From an uncultured Chloroflexia bacterium (GTDB lineage Bacteria; Chloroflexota; Limnocylindria; Limnocylindrales; CSP1-4): a DNA stretch of 64,000 bases. The stretch spans positions 864,001 to 928,000 of the forward strand of contig OY970218.1 in assembly GCA_963713975.1 (NCBI GenBank), given 5' to 3'. Shown one piece after another: positions 49,167 to 58,047 of the stretch. The notes beneath the pieces were generated by a model. It was not told the DNA's origin, ran no database searches, and saw nothing but the letters and a program-made list of their open reading frames with translations. The position numbers and the translations under genes are program-made. Numbering within the stretch: the first letter of the stretch is position 1; each line of letters opens with the position of its first letter.

Positions 49167-52007
49167 CTACCAGGACACCAGCTTCCAGATCTCGGGCTCC
49201 AGCTCGCCCGGGCGGCCACCGATCTCAGCGAACAGGCTCACCGCGTGCTTGAGGTGCTCCATCGCCTCCTCGTGCCGGCCGGCGGCCTGCAGCTGGTCGG
49301 CAAGGTTGTTCTCCACGGCCGCCTCGAGATGCAGCTCCCCGGTCCGGCGACATTCGGCCAACGCGTCCTCCAGGAGCCCGATGGCGGACTCCCGATCGCC
49401 CGCCGCCGCCTCGACCAGGGCGAGGGCATTGGAGGCCGCGATCGCGGCCCCGGGGTCACGGTCGTTGCCCGTCCCTGCGGTGTCGAGCGCCCGGCCCAGC
49501 TCGAGGCGCGCCGAATCCGGGTCGCCCCGCCGGAGTGCCACGAGGCCGGAGAGACGGCTGGCCGCTCCGATCGTCCGAAGGTCACGCGCGCTGTCGAGCG
49601 CCTCGGCCGCAAGCGCCGCGGCGAGACCGAGATCCCCGGCCCGGAGCGCGACCGTGCCGCGTTCCACCTGCGCCGCCGAGGCAACCTTCTCGTCGCCTCC
49701 GGCGATCGCCGCGTCGAGGTGGCTCGCCGCCGTCGCCACGTCGCCGCGGCGAGCGTGGACCCGGCCCAGTCGTAGCTCGATCTCCGGAAGCTGCGCCTCG
49801 GACACGACCGCGGCCGCCGCCTCCAGCGCCGTGGCCGCCGCCGCGTAGTCGCCCAGGGCCGTCCGAACCTCGGCGATGGCGACCTGCAGCCCGGCCACGT
49901 CCGGGTGGCCCAGGGCCAGCGCCGTCTCGAGGTGCCCGAGCGCCTCGCGGTTCGCGTGCACAGGTCGCGACGCCAGCCCCGCCTCGCGATATGCCTCCGC
50001 TGCCGCCGCGTCGCGACCCGCCGCATGCTCGTGACCGGCGATCTGGGCGAGACGCCCGGGGTCGTCCCGGCTCGTCGGGGCTGCGCGGAGGATCTCGGCG
50101 ACCCTCCGGTGGAGCAGGCGCCGGCGGGCAAGGCCCGTGTCGTCATACGCCGCGTCCCGGAGCCGCGCGTGGCTGAAGTCGAATGCCGATTCGCCGGCGC
50201 TCGCGACCTCGCGAACAACTCCTCGGCGCACGAGCTCCTCGAGTGCGGTCACCGTCTCGTCATCCGAGCGACCGCTCGCGGCGCGGACGGTCGTGAAGTC
50301 GAAGGAGCGGCCGATGACGGCAGCCGCAGCGAGCACCTGGGACGCGATCCCACCCACAGTCGACAGGCGCTCGTGAAGCAGCGCCCGCACGCCGCGCGGT
50401 GGTGCGTGGCGGTCGGCCCCCGGGCCCGCCAGGAGTGCCTCGACGACGTAGAGCGGAAGCCCCTCGGACTCCGCTGCAAGCGCCGCCGCATCCCAGGACG
50501 GCTGGCCCGCAGCAGCAGCCGACTCGACCAGCGCCCCGACCACGACATCGTCCAGCCGCTCCAGCCGTACCGACGTCGCTCCGGGCAGCCCCTGCACTGC
50601 ACTCGCAAGCGCCGTGGCTCCGCCCTCCATGTCCTCGGGACGCCACGTGAGGCACAGGAGCATCGGCCGGTCCGCAAGCCGCCGGGCGAGGTACAGCAGC
50701 GCCTCACGCGACGCATCATCCGCCCACTGCAGGTCCTCGAGCACCAAGATGCCCGGCACGGGCCCGCGGACGAGCGCCGTGAGGACGCTCGCGATTGCCT
50801 CGAGCAAGCGCGCGCGCGCGGCGGGCGAGTCCGACTGCCCGGCGGCAGCGACCCCGGCGGTGACGCCATCGGGCAGGGGCACAAGCCGCTCGACCTCCGC
50901 GAGGCCGGCCGTTGGGACATGGGCGAGACGCTCGGCGGCTCCCGACATCGCGAACCCTGCACGAAGCAGCTCCACGATCGGGCCGTAGGCGATTGACCCT
51001 TCGGCCGGGAATGCGCGCGCCTCAAGGGCCGCTGCCCCATCGGCGGCAGCGGCGGTGACAAGCGTCCCCACGAGGCGGGACTTGCCGATCCCGGCCTCGC
51101 CCGTGACCGAGGCGACACGACCGTCGGGCGACGACGAGAGGAACGCGGCACGGAGCGATGCCAGCTCCTGGCGCCGACCCATCATAGGCAGCCGTGCCGG
51201 CGCATCTGGATGGCCGGGGGGGGTCGCTTCGGCCGGCGGCGGCATCGACGGCGCCTCGAACCGCTCGTCCCGGATCGCCTCGTACAACTCCGTTGTCTCC
51301 GCGAGCGGCGCCACGCCGAGCTCCCGCTCCAGCACGGCCACGGTCGCGCGGTACTGGCGGATGGCGCCGGCGCGGTCGCCGCTGCCCGCCAGCGCGGTCA
51401 TCAGGCGGCGGCGCGCAGGCTCGTCGAGTGGGTCCAGCTCCACGAGCCGCATGACCGCGGACACGGCAGTCTCCGTGTCACCCGCGGCCCCTGCCGCCGT
51501 TGCCAGCCGGCCGAGGACGTCCACGATACGGCGCTCGATGGACACGGCCCGGGTAGCGCGCCAGTCATCGAAGTCCGGGCTGTCGCGGAGCGCGAAGCCG
51601 GCCAGGAACGGGCCGCGCGCAAGGTCCGCGGCGGTTGCGAGCACCACGGCGTCGGAGGTGTCGGCAGCGACGGCAGCCTCCAGGCCGGCGAGATCGAAGC
51701 TGACACCGTCGCCGGCCATCTCGAGGGCAACAGTGAAGCGATCCACCCGCAGCCACCGGTCGCCGAGCGCCGTCCGGAGGACCGACAACGTCCGGCGGAG
51801 CGCGCCGCGAGCCGACTCGTCGTCCGATTCCGGCCAGAACAACGCCGCGAGCTCGTCCCGCGCGTAGGGCCGTCCCTCCACCGCCAGCAGGGCAACGATG
51901 GCGAGCGCTTTCCTCGTGTCAACGTGGATCGGCTTGCGGTCGACCAGCACCTCGAGCGGGCCGAGGACGCGGACCTCAAGCATGGCGTCAGGGGACGACT
52001 GCGGCAT
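49167..52007 (-). CDS. SARP-type (wHTH-BTAD) STAND AAA-ATPase/TPR transcriptional regulator
   Basis: LEVRVLGPL, FWPE, GPFLAGF, DPLDE, ELGVAP; Walker A GEAGIGKS; Walker B LVLEDLQWAD; TPR-like C-terminus. ATG 52007 sits 8 nt after TACCGT. Confidence 0.92.
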   Translation of the reverse strand: MPQSSPDAMLEVRVLGPLEVLVDRKPIHVDTRKALAIVALLAVEGRPYARDELAALFWPESDDESARGALRRTLSVLRTALGDRWLRVDRFTVALEMAGDGVSFDLAGLEAAVAADTSDAVVLATAADLARGPFLAGFALRDSPDFDDWRATRAVSIERRIVDVLGRLATAAGAAGDTETAVSAVMRLVELDPLDEPARRRLMTALAGSGDRAGAIRQYRATVAVLERELGVAPLAETTELYEAIRDERFEAPSMPPPAEATPPGHPDAPARLPMMGRRQELASLRAAFLSSSPDGRVASVTGEAGIGKSRLVGTLVTAAAADGAAALEARAFPAEGSIAYGPIVELLRAGFAMSGAAERLAHVPTAGLAEVERLVPLPDGVTAGVAAAGQSDSPAARARLLEAIASVLTALVRGPVPGILVLEDLQWADDASREALLYLARRLADRPMLLCLTWRPEDMEGGATALASAVQGLPGATSVRLERLDDVVVGALVESAAAAGQPSWDAAALAAESEGLPLYVVEALLAGPGADRHAPPRGVRALLHERLSTVGGIASQVLAAAAVIGRSFDFTTVRAASGRSDDETVTALEELVRRGVVREVASAGESAFDFSHARLRDAAYDDTGLARRRLLHRRVAEILRAAPTSRDDPGRLAQIAGHEHAAGRDAAAAEAYREAGLASRPVHANREALGHLETALALGHPDVAGLQVAIAEVRTALGDYAAAATALEAAAAVVSEAQLPEIELRLGRVHARRGDVATAASHLDAAIAGGDEKVASAAQVERGTVALRAGDLGLAAALAAEALDSARDLRTIGAASRLSGLVALRRGDPDSARLELGRALDTAGTGNDRDPGAAIAASNALALVEAAAGDRESAIGLLEDALAECRRTGELHLEAAVENNLADQLQAAGRHEEAMEHLKHAVSLFAEIGGRPGELEPEIWKLVSW

Positions 52008-52011
52008 GGCG

Positions 52012-52081
52012 CGTAACGGTACAACTTCGGCGCGCAATGTCGTAACGTTCTGCGAACGGCGTCTCCGCATCATCCGGTGCC
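52012..52081 (+). promoter_or_regulatory. Divergent promoter region with direct-repeat site (copy 2) and an extra half-site over the regulator's own -10
   Basis: CGTAACG(52041-47)-N4-GCGAACG(52052-58)-N9-CATCAT(52068-73)-N8-ATG(52082); a lone CGTAACG at 52012-18. Confidence 0.65.
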
Positions 52082-53257
52082 ATGACCGCGTCCCGCGTTC
52101 GACCGGCCCTCGTCGCCTGGCTGCTCGCCATCCTCGTGATCGCGCTGAGCGGCTGGGTGCTGTTGCCGTTCCCGCGCCCTCCCACGGGCTGGGAGGAGGT
52201 CGCGTGGATCATTGGGTTCGGCGTCGGGTTCACGACCATTGGCGCGCTCCTCGTCGATCGTCGTCCCCACGAACCGGTCTCCCGGATCACGCTTGGCATC
52301 GGCTTGATCGTCGTCGCGGCGGTTGGGCTGCGGGCGCTGGCCGTGGCGCTCGATGCGCGGCCCGGAGACCTGCCGGCAGCCGGAGCGCTGGCAGCCGCCC
52401 TGTCCGCGGTGCTCCAGGCCATCGCGTTCCTCGCATCGGGCAGCTTTCTGCTGGTCCGTTTCCCAAACGGGCGCGAGCGCGGCCGCCTGTCAGCTTCGGT
52501 TGATGCGCTGGTCGTGCTGATCGGGACTGCGGCAGTGCTCAACGTATTCGCCCCAGGCCGGATCGCCGTGGACTACCTGTCCCCGACGGAGAACCCGATC
52601 GGCATCGAGCGGCTCGATCCCGCGCTGTTCAAGGCGATCGGGACCCTCGCCCTCGCCGCCTACGCCGTGAGCCTGGTGCTCGCGGTCGTCGTCGTCGCTC
52701 GCCGCTACCGGCGTTCCGACCCGGTCGCCCGTGCCCAGATTCGATGGGTCGCGGCGGCGGGCCTCCTGCCCGTGGTGCTCGCGCCGCTCATCTTCACGTC
52801 CGAGTGGATGTGGACGGTCTGGCTCCTCTCGACCGCCCTGCTGCCCGTTGCGATCGGCATTTCGATCCTGCGCTACCACCTGTTCGACATCGACCGGATC
52901 GTCAGCCGCTCGCTCGCGTACGCGATCGTGACCGCCGTCCTGGCCGTGACGTTCCTCGGCACGAACCTCGTCCTCCAGGCGCTGATCGCGGACACCCTCG
53001 CGGCCGGCACGTTCGCGGTCGCCGCGTCCACGCTCGTGGTGGCGGCGCTGTTCCAGCCTGTGCGGGGCCGGGTCCAGGCGCTGCTGGACCGACGGTTCAA
53101 CCGGCGTCGGGTCGACGGCGACCGTATCGCCCGCGCGTTTGCCACCGGTCTCCGCGACCGCGTCGACCTCGACGAGGTCCGGGCGGCGATGCTCGCCGCG
53201 GCGGACGAGGCCGTCGCCCCCGCGTCGCACGGCCTGTGGATCCGGAGCGCCGGATGA
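52082..53257 (+). CDS. Multi-TM sensor-type membrane protein 1, ending in an N-terminal GAF fragment
   Basis: About 9 TMs; FPNGR, ENPIG, RAQIRW, ILRYHLFDID, FQPVR..LDRRFNR and LRDRVDL..AVAPASHGLWIR-stop. Confidence 0.85.
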   Translation: MTASRVRPALVAWLLAILVIALSGWVLLPFPRPPTGWEEVAWIIGFGVGFTTIGALLVDRRPHEPVSRITLGIGLIVVAAVGLRALAVALDARPGDLPAAGALAAALSAVLQAIAFLASGSFLLVRFPNGRERGRLSASVDALVVLIGTAAVLNVFAPGRIAVDYLSPTENPIGIERLDPALFKAIGTLALAAYAVSLVLAVVVVARRYRRSDPVARAQIRWVAAAGLLPVVLAPLIFTSEWMWTVWLLSTALLPVAIGISILRYHLFDIDRIVSRSLAYAIVTAVLAVTFLGTNLVLQALIADTLAAGTFAVAASTLVVAALFQPVRGRVQALLDRRFNRRRVDGDRIARAFATGLRDRVDLDEVRAAMLAAADEAVAPASHGLWIRSAG

Positions 53258-54408
53258 TGCCGCGTGGCCTGACGCTCGTGCTCGCGTCGATCTCGCTGCT
53301 CACGCTCGGCGCCAGCGTGGTCCTGTTCGCCGCCGTCGATTACGCGAGCGCCGAGCTACTCATCTTCACGCCATCGGTCGCGGCCTTCGTCGTCATCGGT
53401 GCGTTCGTGCTGCAACGGCAGCCGTCGAGCGTCGTCGGCGTGCTGCTGCTCGTGTTCGGCGTGGGCGGGAGCGTCATCTACCCGCTGGCTGCCATCGGCG
53501 CGGCGCCAGCCGGCACGCCCTCGGCGGACGTCGCCGGCGCCTTCGTCCAGGCACTGGACCCGATGACCTACGCGACCGTCTCGCTCCTCCTGCTCGTGTT
53601 CCCCGATGGCCGTCTGCCATCGGCGCGCTGGCGACCCCTCGTCGCGATGGTCGCGGTCGGGTTCGCCCTCAGCGTGGTGGGCAACCTGACGACGCCGGGG
53701 GCGCTGCTCGTCTTCCCGCAGCATGAGAACCCCGTCGGGGTGGCGTCGCCGGTGCTCACCGCCGCGGGAGCGGTCGGGTACATCCTCGCGACCGTCTCGA
53801 TGCTCGCTGCCGCGGCCTCGCTCGTCGTCCGCTGGCGGCGCGGCTCGGCCCTCGAGCGGGCGCAACTCAAGTGGATCGCCGCGTCGGGGCTGCTCCTGGC
53901 GTTCGTCTCGGCCCTGTACTTGATCTCGTTCTTCCTATGGGCGGTCGCGCTCCTCCCGCTCGTCGCGTCCTCGATCTCGTTCACGCTGTTCCCGGCGACG
54001 GTCGCGATCGCGGTCCTCCGCTACCGGCTGTTCGAGATCGACCGGATCTTGAGCCGGACGATCGGATGGGCGATCGTGACCGGACTCCTGCTGGCCGTGT
54101 TCGCGGGTGCCGTCGTCGGGCTGCAGGCCGTCCTTGCGCCGGTGACGGCGAACAACACCCTTGCGGTCGCCGCGTCCACGCTCGTCGCGGCGGCGCTGTT
54201 CCAGCCGCTGCGCGCCCGTGTCCAGCACGGCGTCGACCGCCGCTTCAACCGGTCCCGGGTTGACGCGGACCGGGCGGTGGCAAGGTTCGTGGACCACGCC
54301 CGGAACGAGGTTGACCTGGCCCGGCTCAGAGCGGCCCTCGTCGCCACCGCCGATGACGCCGTCCATCCGTCCGACGGGGCAGTCTGGCTCCGGGGGGTCG
54401 CTCAATGA
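53254..54408 (+). CDS. Multi-TM sensor-type membrane protein 2 (paralogue)
   Basis: ATGA overlap; FPDGRLPSARW, ENPVG, RAQLKW, LRYRLFEID and ARNEVDL..AVHPSDGAVWLR-stop. Confidence 0.85.
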   Translation: MMPRGLTLVLASISLLTLGASVVLFAAVDYASAELLIFTPSVAAFVVIGAFVLQRQPSSVVGVLLLVFGVGGSVIYPLAAIGAAPAGTPSADVAGAFVQALDPMTYATVSLLLLVFPDGRLPSARWRPLVAMVAVGFALSVVGNLTTPGALLVFPQHENPVGVASPVLTAAGAVGYILATVSMLAAAASLVVRWRRGSALERAQLKWIAASGLLLAFVSALYLISFFLWAVALLPLVASSISFTLFPATVAIAVLRYRLFEIDRILSRTIGWAIVTGLLLAVFAGAVVGLQAVLAPVTANNTLAVAASTLVAAALFQPLRARVQHGVDRRFNRSRVDADRAVARFVDHARNEVDLARLRAALVATADDAVHPSDGAVWLRGVAQ

Positions 54409-55646
54409 ATGCACGTCCGACCCCGACCAGGACCCACGTCGCGAGGCCTGGGCTCCGGCTGCTCATAGTCGTGGTGATCGCGATCTCGGTGGTGGCCACG
54501 GTCTCACAGCTCGTGACGGAGCCACGCACGCGGATCAACAGCGTCCTGTTCCTGGTGGCGACCCTGAGCTACCTGGGCGTTGGGCTGGTGCTCGCGGAGC
54601 GCCGGCGCGGCAATCTCGTCGGCGCCCTGGTCCTGCTCCTCGGCGTGTTCTTCGCGAGCTACGTCACGATCGATGCCTACCTTCGCCAGGCGGACCGTCC
54701 CGAAGGCGCCGTTGCGGTGAGCCTTGCGTTGGGCGTGAGCCTCATCGACGGACCCATGTTCTTCGCCGTCGCGATGCTGTTCCTGGTGTTTCCGGACGGA
54801 CGCCTTCCGTCATCGAGATGGCGTGCGCTCGTCGTCGCCTCTGGGGTGTTCGCAAGCCTCACGTTCCTCGGGGCACTCCTCCGGCCGGGCGCGTTCCTGT
54901 TCTACACCTGGTTCGATAACCCGCTCGATCCTCCGCCGAACCTCCTCACCGACACCTGGGATCCGATGTACGGGCTCACGGTGGGCTGCGTCGTGCTGGC
55001 TGCGTTGTCCCTGGTCAGCAGATGGCGACGCGCCGGCGCCGTCGAACGTGCCCAGCTCAAGTGGGTGGCAGCCGCGGCATCGCTCGTCGGGCTTGCCATG
55101 GTGACCTATGGGCTCGGTGCCGGACCTACCAACTACTCAGACGTCGGTGACATGACCGTCGGCGCGGCCTTCTCCCTGTTCCCGATCGCAATTGGCATTG
55201 CCGTGCTCCGCTATCGCCTGTTCGAGATCGACCGGCTCATCAGCAGGACGCTGGGCTGGGCGATCGTGACGGCGATCCTGGTGGCGTCGTTCGCGGCGAT
55301 TGTCGTCGGCCTCCAGGCGGTGCTGAGCGGCGTCACCCAGGGGGAGACGCTTGCCGTCGCGGCCTCCACGCTTGTTGCCTTCGCGCTCGTCCAGCCGCTC
55401 CATCGCCGCATCCAGCGGACCGTCGATCACAGGTTCAACCGGTCGCGCGTGAATGCCGAACGCACGATCGCCGCGTTCGGCGAGCGGCTGCGCGACGAGG
55501 TTGACCTGGCTGCGATCAGCGCCCAGGTCCCGGCGACTGCCGACGCGGCGGTGCAGCCATCCAGCGTCGGTCTCTGGCTGCGCCGCGGGACGGCTGGCGA
55601 TCTCGTAACGATGTCCGAACGCCCGAGCACGAGCATGCGCACATGA
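54405..55646 (+). CDS. Multi-TM sensor-type membrane protein 3 (paralogue)
   Basis: ATGA overlap; FPDGRLPSSRW, DNPL, RAQLKW, LRYRLFEID and LRDEVDL..AVQPSSVGLWLR plus a short tail. Confidence 0.85.
   Translation: MNARPTPTRTHVARPGLRLLIVVVIAISVVATVSQLVTEPRTRINSVLFLVATLSYLGVGLVLAERRRGNLVGALVLLLGVFFASYVTIDAYLRQADRPEGAVAVSLALGVSLIDGPMFFAVAMLFLVFPDGRLPSSRWRALVVASGVFASLTFLGALLRPGAFLFYTWFDNPLDPPPNLLTDTWDPMYGLTVGCVVLAALSLVSRWRRAGAVERAQLKWVAAAASLVGLAMVTYGLGAGPTNYSDVGDMTVGAAFSLFPIAIGIAVLRYRLFEIDRLISRTLGWAIVTAILVASFAAIVVGLQAVLSGVTQGETLAVAASTLVAFALVQPLHRRIQRTVDHRFNRSRVNAERTIAAFGERLRDEVDLAAISAQVPATADAAVQPSSVGLWLRRGTAGDLVTMSERPSTSMRT
55604..55642 (+). promoter_or_regulatory. Direct-repeat site plus weak -10 inside the sensor-3 coding tail (copy 3)
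   Basis: CGTAACG(55604-10)-N4-CCGAACG(55615-21)-N9-GAGCAT(55631-36)-N6-ATG(55643). Confidence 0.65.
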
Positions 55647-57304
55647 CAGCAATCAGCCGTCCGTTTCGCCGCCTGATCGGCCGTCCTGTGGCCGAGGCCG
55701 TGGCCGCCCCGGTGCCGTCCGCGGCCGCCACGGTGGAGCAGCCCGGCGTGGCGATCGACATCCCCGAGACGGACCCCCTGTTCGCCTACCTCCAGGCCGC
55801 GCCGGGCCCCGTCGACCTGACGAGGCTCGAGCTCGGCTCAGCGGCCCTCGACCACCTCCGTGAAGCCGGCGTCGCGCTCGTCGTGCCGCTGGTGACCCAG
55901 GGCGAGCTGATCGGGACCCTGAACCTCGGGCCGCGCCTGTCCGAGCAGGACTACTCCACCGACGATCGCCGTCTCCTGGCCACCCTCGCCGCTCAGGCGG
56001 CGCCCGCGATCCGCGTCGCCCAGCTGGTCCGCGAGCAGGCAGCCGAGGCCGCCGAGCGCGAGCGATACGAGCAGGAGCTCAAGGTCGCCCAGCTCATCCA
56101 GCAGCAGTTCCTGCCGCGCGAGCTGCCGAACCTGCGCGAATGGCAGATCGCCGCGTACTACGGCCCGGCGCGGGTCGTCGGCGGGGACTTCTACGACTTC
56201 ATCGACCTCGGGGAGGGGCGCATCGGCGTCGTCGTCGGCGACGTCACCGACAAGGGCGTCCCAGCTGCCCTCGTCATGGCCCGCACCCACTCGATCCTCC
56301 GGGCCGAGGCCCCGCGGCTCATCGAGCCCGGCAAGGTGCTCGCCCGCGCCAACGAGCTGCTCACGCCGGAGATGCCCGCCCGGATGTTCGTCACCTGTCT
56401 CTACGGCGTGCTCGAGCCCGAGAGCGGCCGCTTCACCTTCGCAAACGCCGGCCACAACCTGCCGTACCTCAGGACCGCGGATGGCGTCATCGAGCTGCGG
56501 GCGACCGGCCTGCCGCTGGGCCTGATGCCCGGGATCGTCTACGAGGAGACAGACAGCGTCATCGGCCAGGGCGACGCGATGCTGCTCTACTCCGACGGGC
56601 TTGTGGAGCAGCACGGTCCCGGTCGCGAGATGTACGGCTTCCCGCGCCTGCGTGAGGCGATGGCCACCGACGACGCCGGGAGCGTGCTCCTCGACCGCCT
56701 GCTCGATGAGCTGCATGCCTTCACCGGGTCGGCTTGGGAGCAGGAGGACGACATCACGCTCGTCACCCTCCGCCGCTCGGCGGGCGTGGCCGACATGTTC
56801 GCCGCAGACGGCCCGGGCGTGCCCCTCACCCGAGACGATGCCGCCGCCGAGGAGTTCCCCCAGGATGCCGAGCCGCTCATCGCATTCACGGTCGAGGGCG
56901 CCATCGGCAACGAGCGGGGTGCGATGCAGCGGGTTGCCGACGCGGTCGCCCCGCTGGGCCTCGAGCCCGCGCGACTCGAGCGCCTCAAGACCGCGGTCGC
57001 CGAGACTGTGATGAACGCCATCGAGTACGGCTCGCAAGGCAGTCCCGACGTTCCGGTCGACGTCCGGGTCGACGTCGACGACGCGGCCATCCGCGTCCGC
57101 GTGACCGACCGCGCGCTCTCGGGTCCCGTCCCGGACGCCGAGATGCCGGATCTGGACGCGAAGCTCGAGGGTCGCCAGAAGCCCAGGGGCTGGGGCCTGT
57201 TCCTCATCCGCCACATGGTCGACGGCATGGATGTGCACGCCGAGGACGGCCTCCAGACCGTGACCCTCACCATCGCCCGAACCCCCCAAGGAGGTGCGTC
57301 GTGA
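55643..57304 (+). CDS. C-terminal GAF fragment - SpoIIE/RsbU PP2C phosphatase - RsbW-like HATPase fusion
   Basis: LVVPLVTQGELIGTLNLG..YSTDDRRLLATLAAQ; PP2C motifs GGDFYD, GDVTDKG, NAGH, YSDG, DDIT; kinase motifs AETVMNAIEYG, VTDR, RGWGLFLI. Confidence 0.92.
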   Translation: MTAISRPFRRLIGRPVAEAVAAPVPSAAATVEQPGVAIDIPETDPLFAYLQAAPGPVDLTRLELGSAALDHLREAGVALVVPLVTQGELIGTLNLGPRLSEQDYSTDDRRLLATLAAQAAPAIRVAQLVREQAAEAAERERYEQELKVAQLIQQQFLPRELPNLREWQIAAYYGPARVVGGDFYDFIDLGEGRIGVVVGDVTDKGVPAALVMARTHSILRAEAPRLIEPGKVLARANELLTPEMPARMFVTCLYGVLEPESGRFTFANAGHNLPYLRTADGVIELRATGLPLGLMPGIVYEETDSVIGQGDAMLLYSDGLVEQHGPGREMYGFPRLREAMATDDAGSVLLDRLLDELHAFTGSAWEQEDDITLVTLRRSAGVADMFAADGPGVPLTRDDAAAEEFPQDAEPLIAFTVEGAIGNERGAMQRVADAVAPLGLEPARLERLKTAVAETVMNAIEYGSQGSPDVPVDVRVDVDDAAIRVRVTDRALSGPVPDAEMPDLDAKLEGRQKPRGWGLFLIRHMVDGMDVHAEDGLQTVTLTIARTPQGGAS

Positions 57305-57660
57305 CCGACCGCCTGTCCATCGAGATCATCACCGCCATCCCCGGCGAGGCCCGCCTGGCGATGCGTGGAGATGTCGACGTCGCCGCGGACGAAGTCCTCT
57401 CCGCGGCATACACGGAGGCCGCGGCCGCCGGCGCAACCCGCGTGGTCCTCGACTTCGGCAATGTCGACTACATCAACTCGACCGGCATCGCGCTCATCGT
57501 CCGGCTCCTGGCGGAAGCGCGTCGCGACCACCGCGAGGTGATCGCGCTCGGGCTGTCCGAGCACTACCGGGAGATCTTCCGGATCACGCGCCTGTCCGAC
57601 TACCTCACGATCGCCGACGGCCTGCCGGCGACGCCCGTCCCCGAGGAGGCAGCCCGATGA
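57301..57660 (+). CDS. STAS domain anti-anti-sigma-type protein 1
   Basis: GTGA overlap; GDVD, LDFGNVDYINSTGIALI (phospho-Ser position) and FRITRL. Confidence 0.9.
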   Translation: MTDRLSIEIITAIPGEARLAMRGDVDVAADEVLSAAYTEAAAAGATRVVLDFGNVDYINSTGIALIVRLLAEARRDHREVIALGLSEHYREIFRITRLSDYLTIADGLPATPVPEEAAR

Positions 57661-57998
57661 CCGACACCACCGTGGACGAGACCCGGGATGGATCGACCGC
57701 GATCCTGCGGATCCATGGCGAGATCACCGGGGGCAGCGAGCCTCCGATCATGGCGGCCTACGCCGAGGCCGGCGACGCCCGATCGATCGTCCTGGACTTC
57801 AGCGATCTCGACTACATGAACAGCGGTGGGATCGGCCTGCTGGTCACCTTGCTGGTCCGTGCGCAGCGCGCCGGTCAGAAGCTCCTGGCGATCGGTCTGA
57901 GCGACCACTACAAGCAAATCCTCGCCCTCACCCGCCTCGACGAGGCGATCGCGATCCACGACGACGAGACCGCCGCGCTGGCCGCTGCGTCCGCCTGA
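57657..57998 (+). CDS. STAS domain anti-anti-sigma-type protein 2
   Basis: ATGA overlap; GEIT, LDFSDLDYMNSGGIGLL and LTRLD. Confidence 0.9.
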   Translation: MTDTTVDETRDGSTAILRIHGEITGGSEPPIMAAYAEAGDARSIVLDFSDLDYMNSGGIGLLVTLLVRAQRAGQKLLAIGLSDHYKQILALTRLDEAIAIHDDETAALAAASA

Positions 57999-58047
57999 TC
58001 TCCGCGGCCCGCCAGGGCCTGCGCCCCATCGAGAACGGAGAACCGCG

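Noticed and set aside
55505-55646. Pseudogene or programmed -1 frameshift joining sensor 3 to the phosphatase
   Set aside because: No slippery heptamer is seen, the same truncation occurs in three paralogues, and a promoter motif plus ATGA overlap marks an independent start. It cannot be fully excluded without reads.
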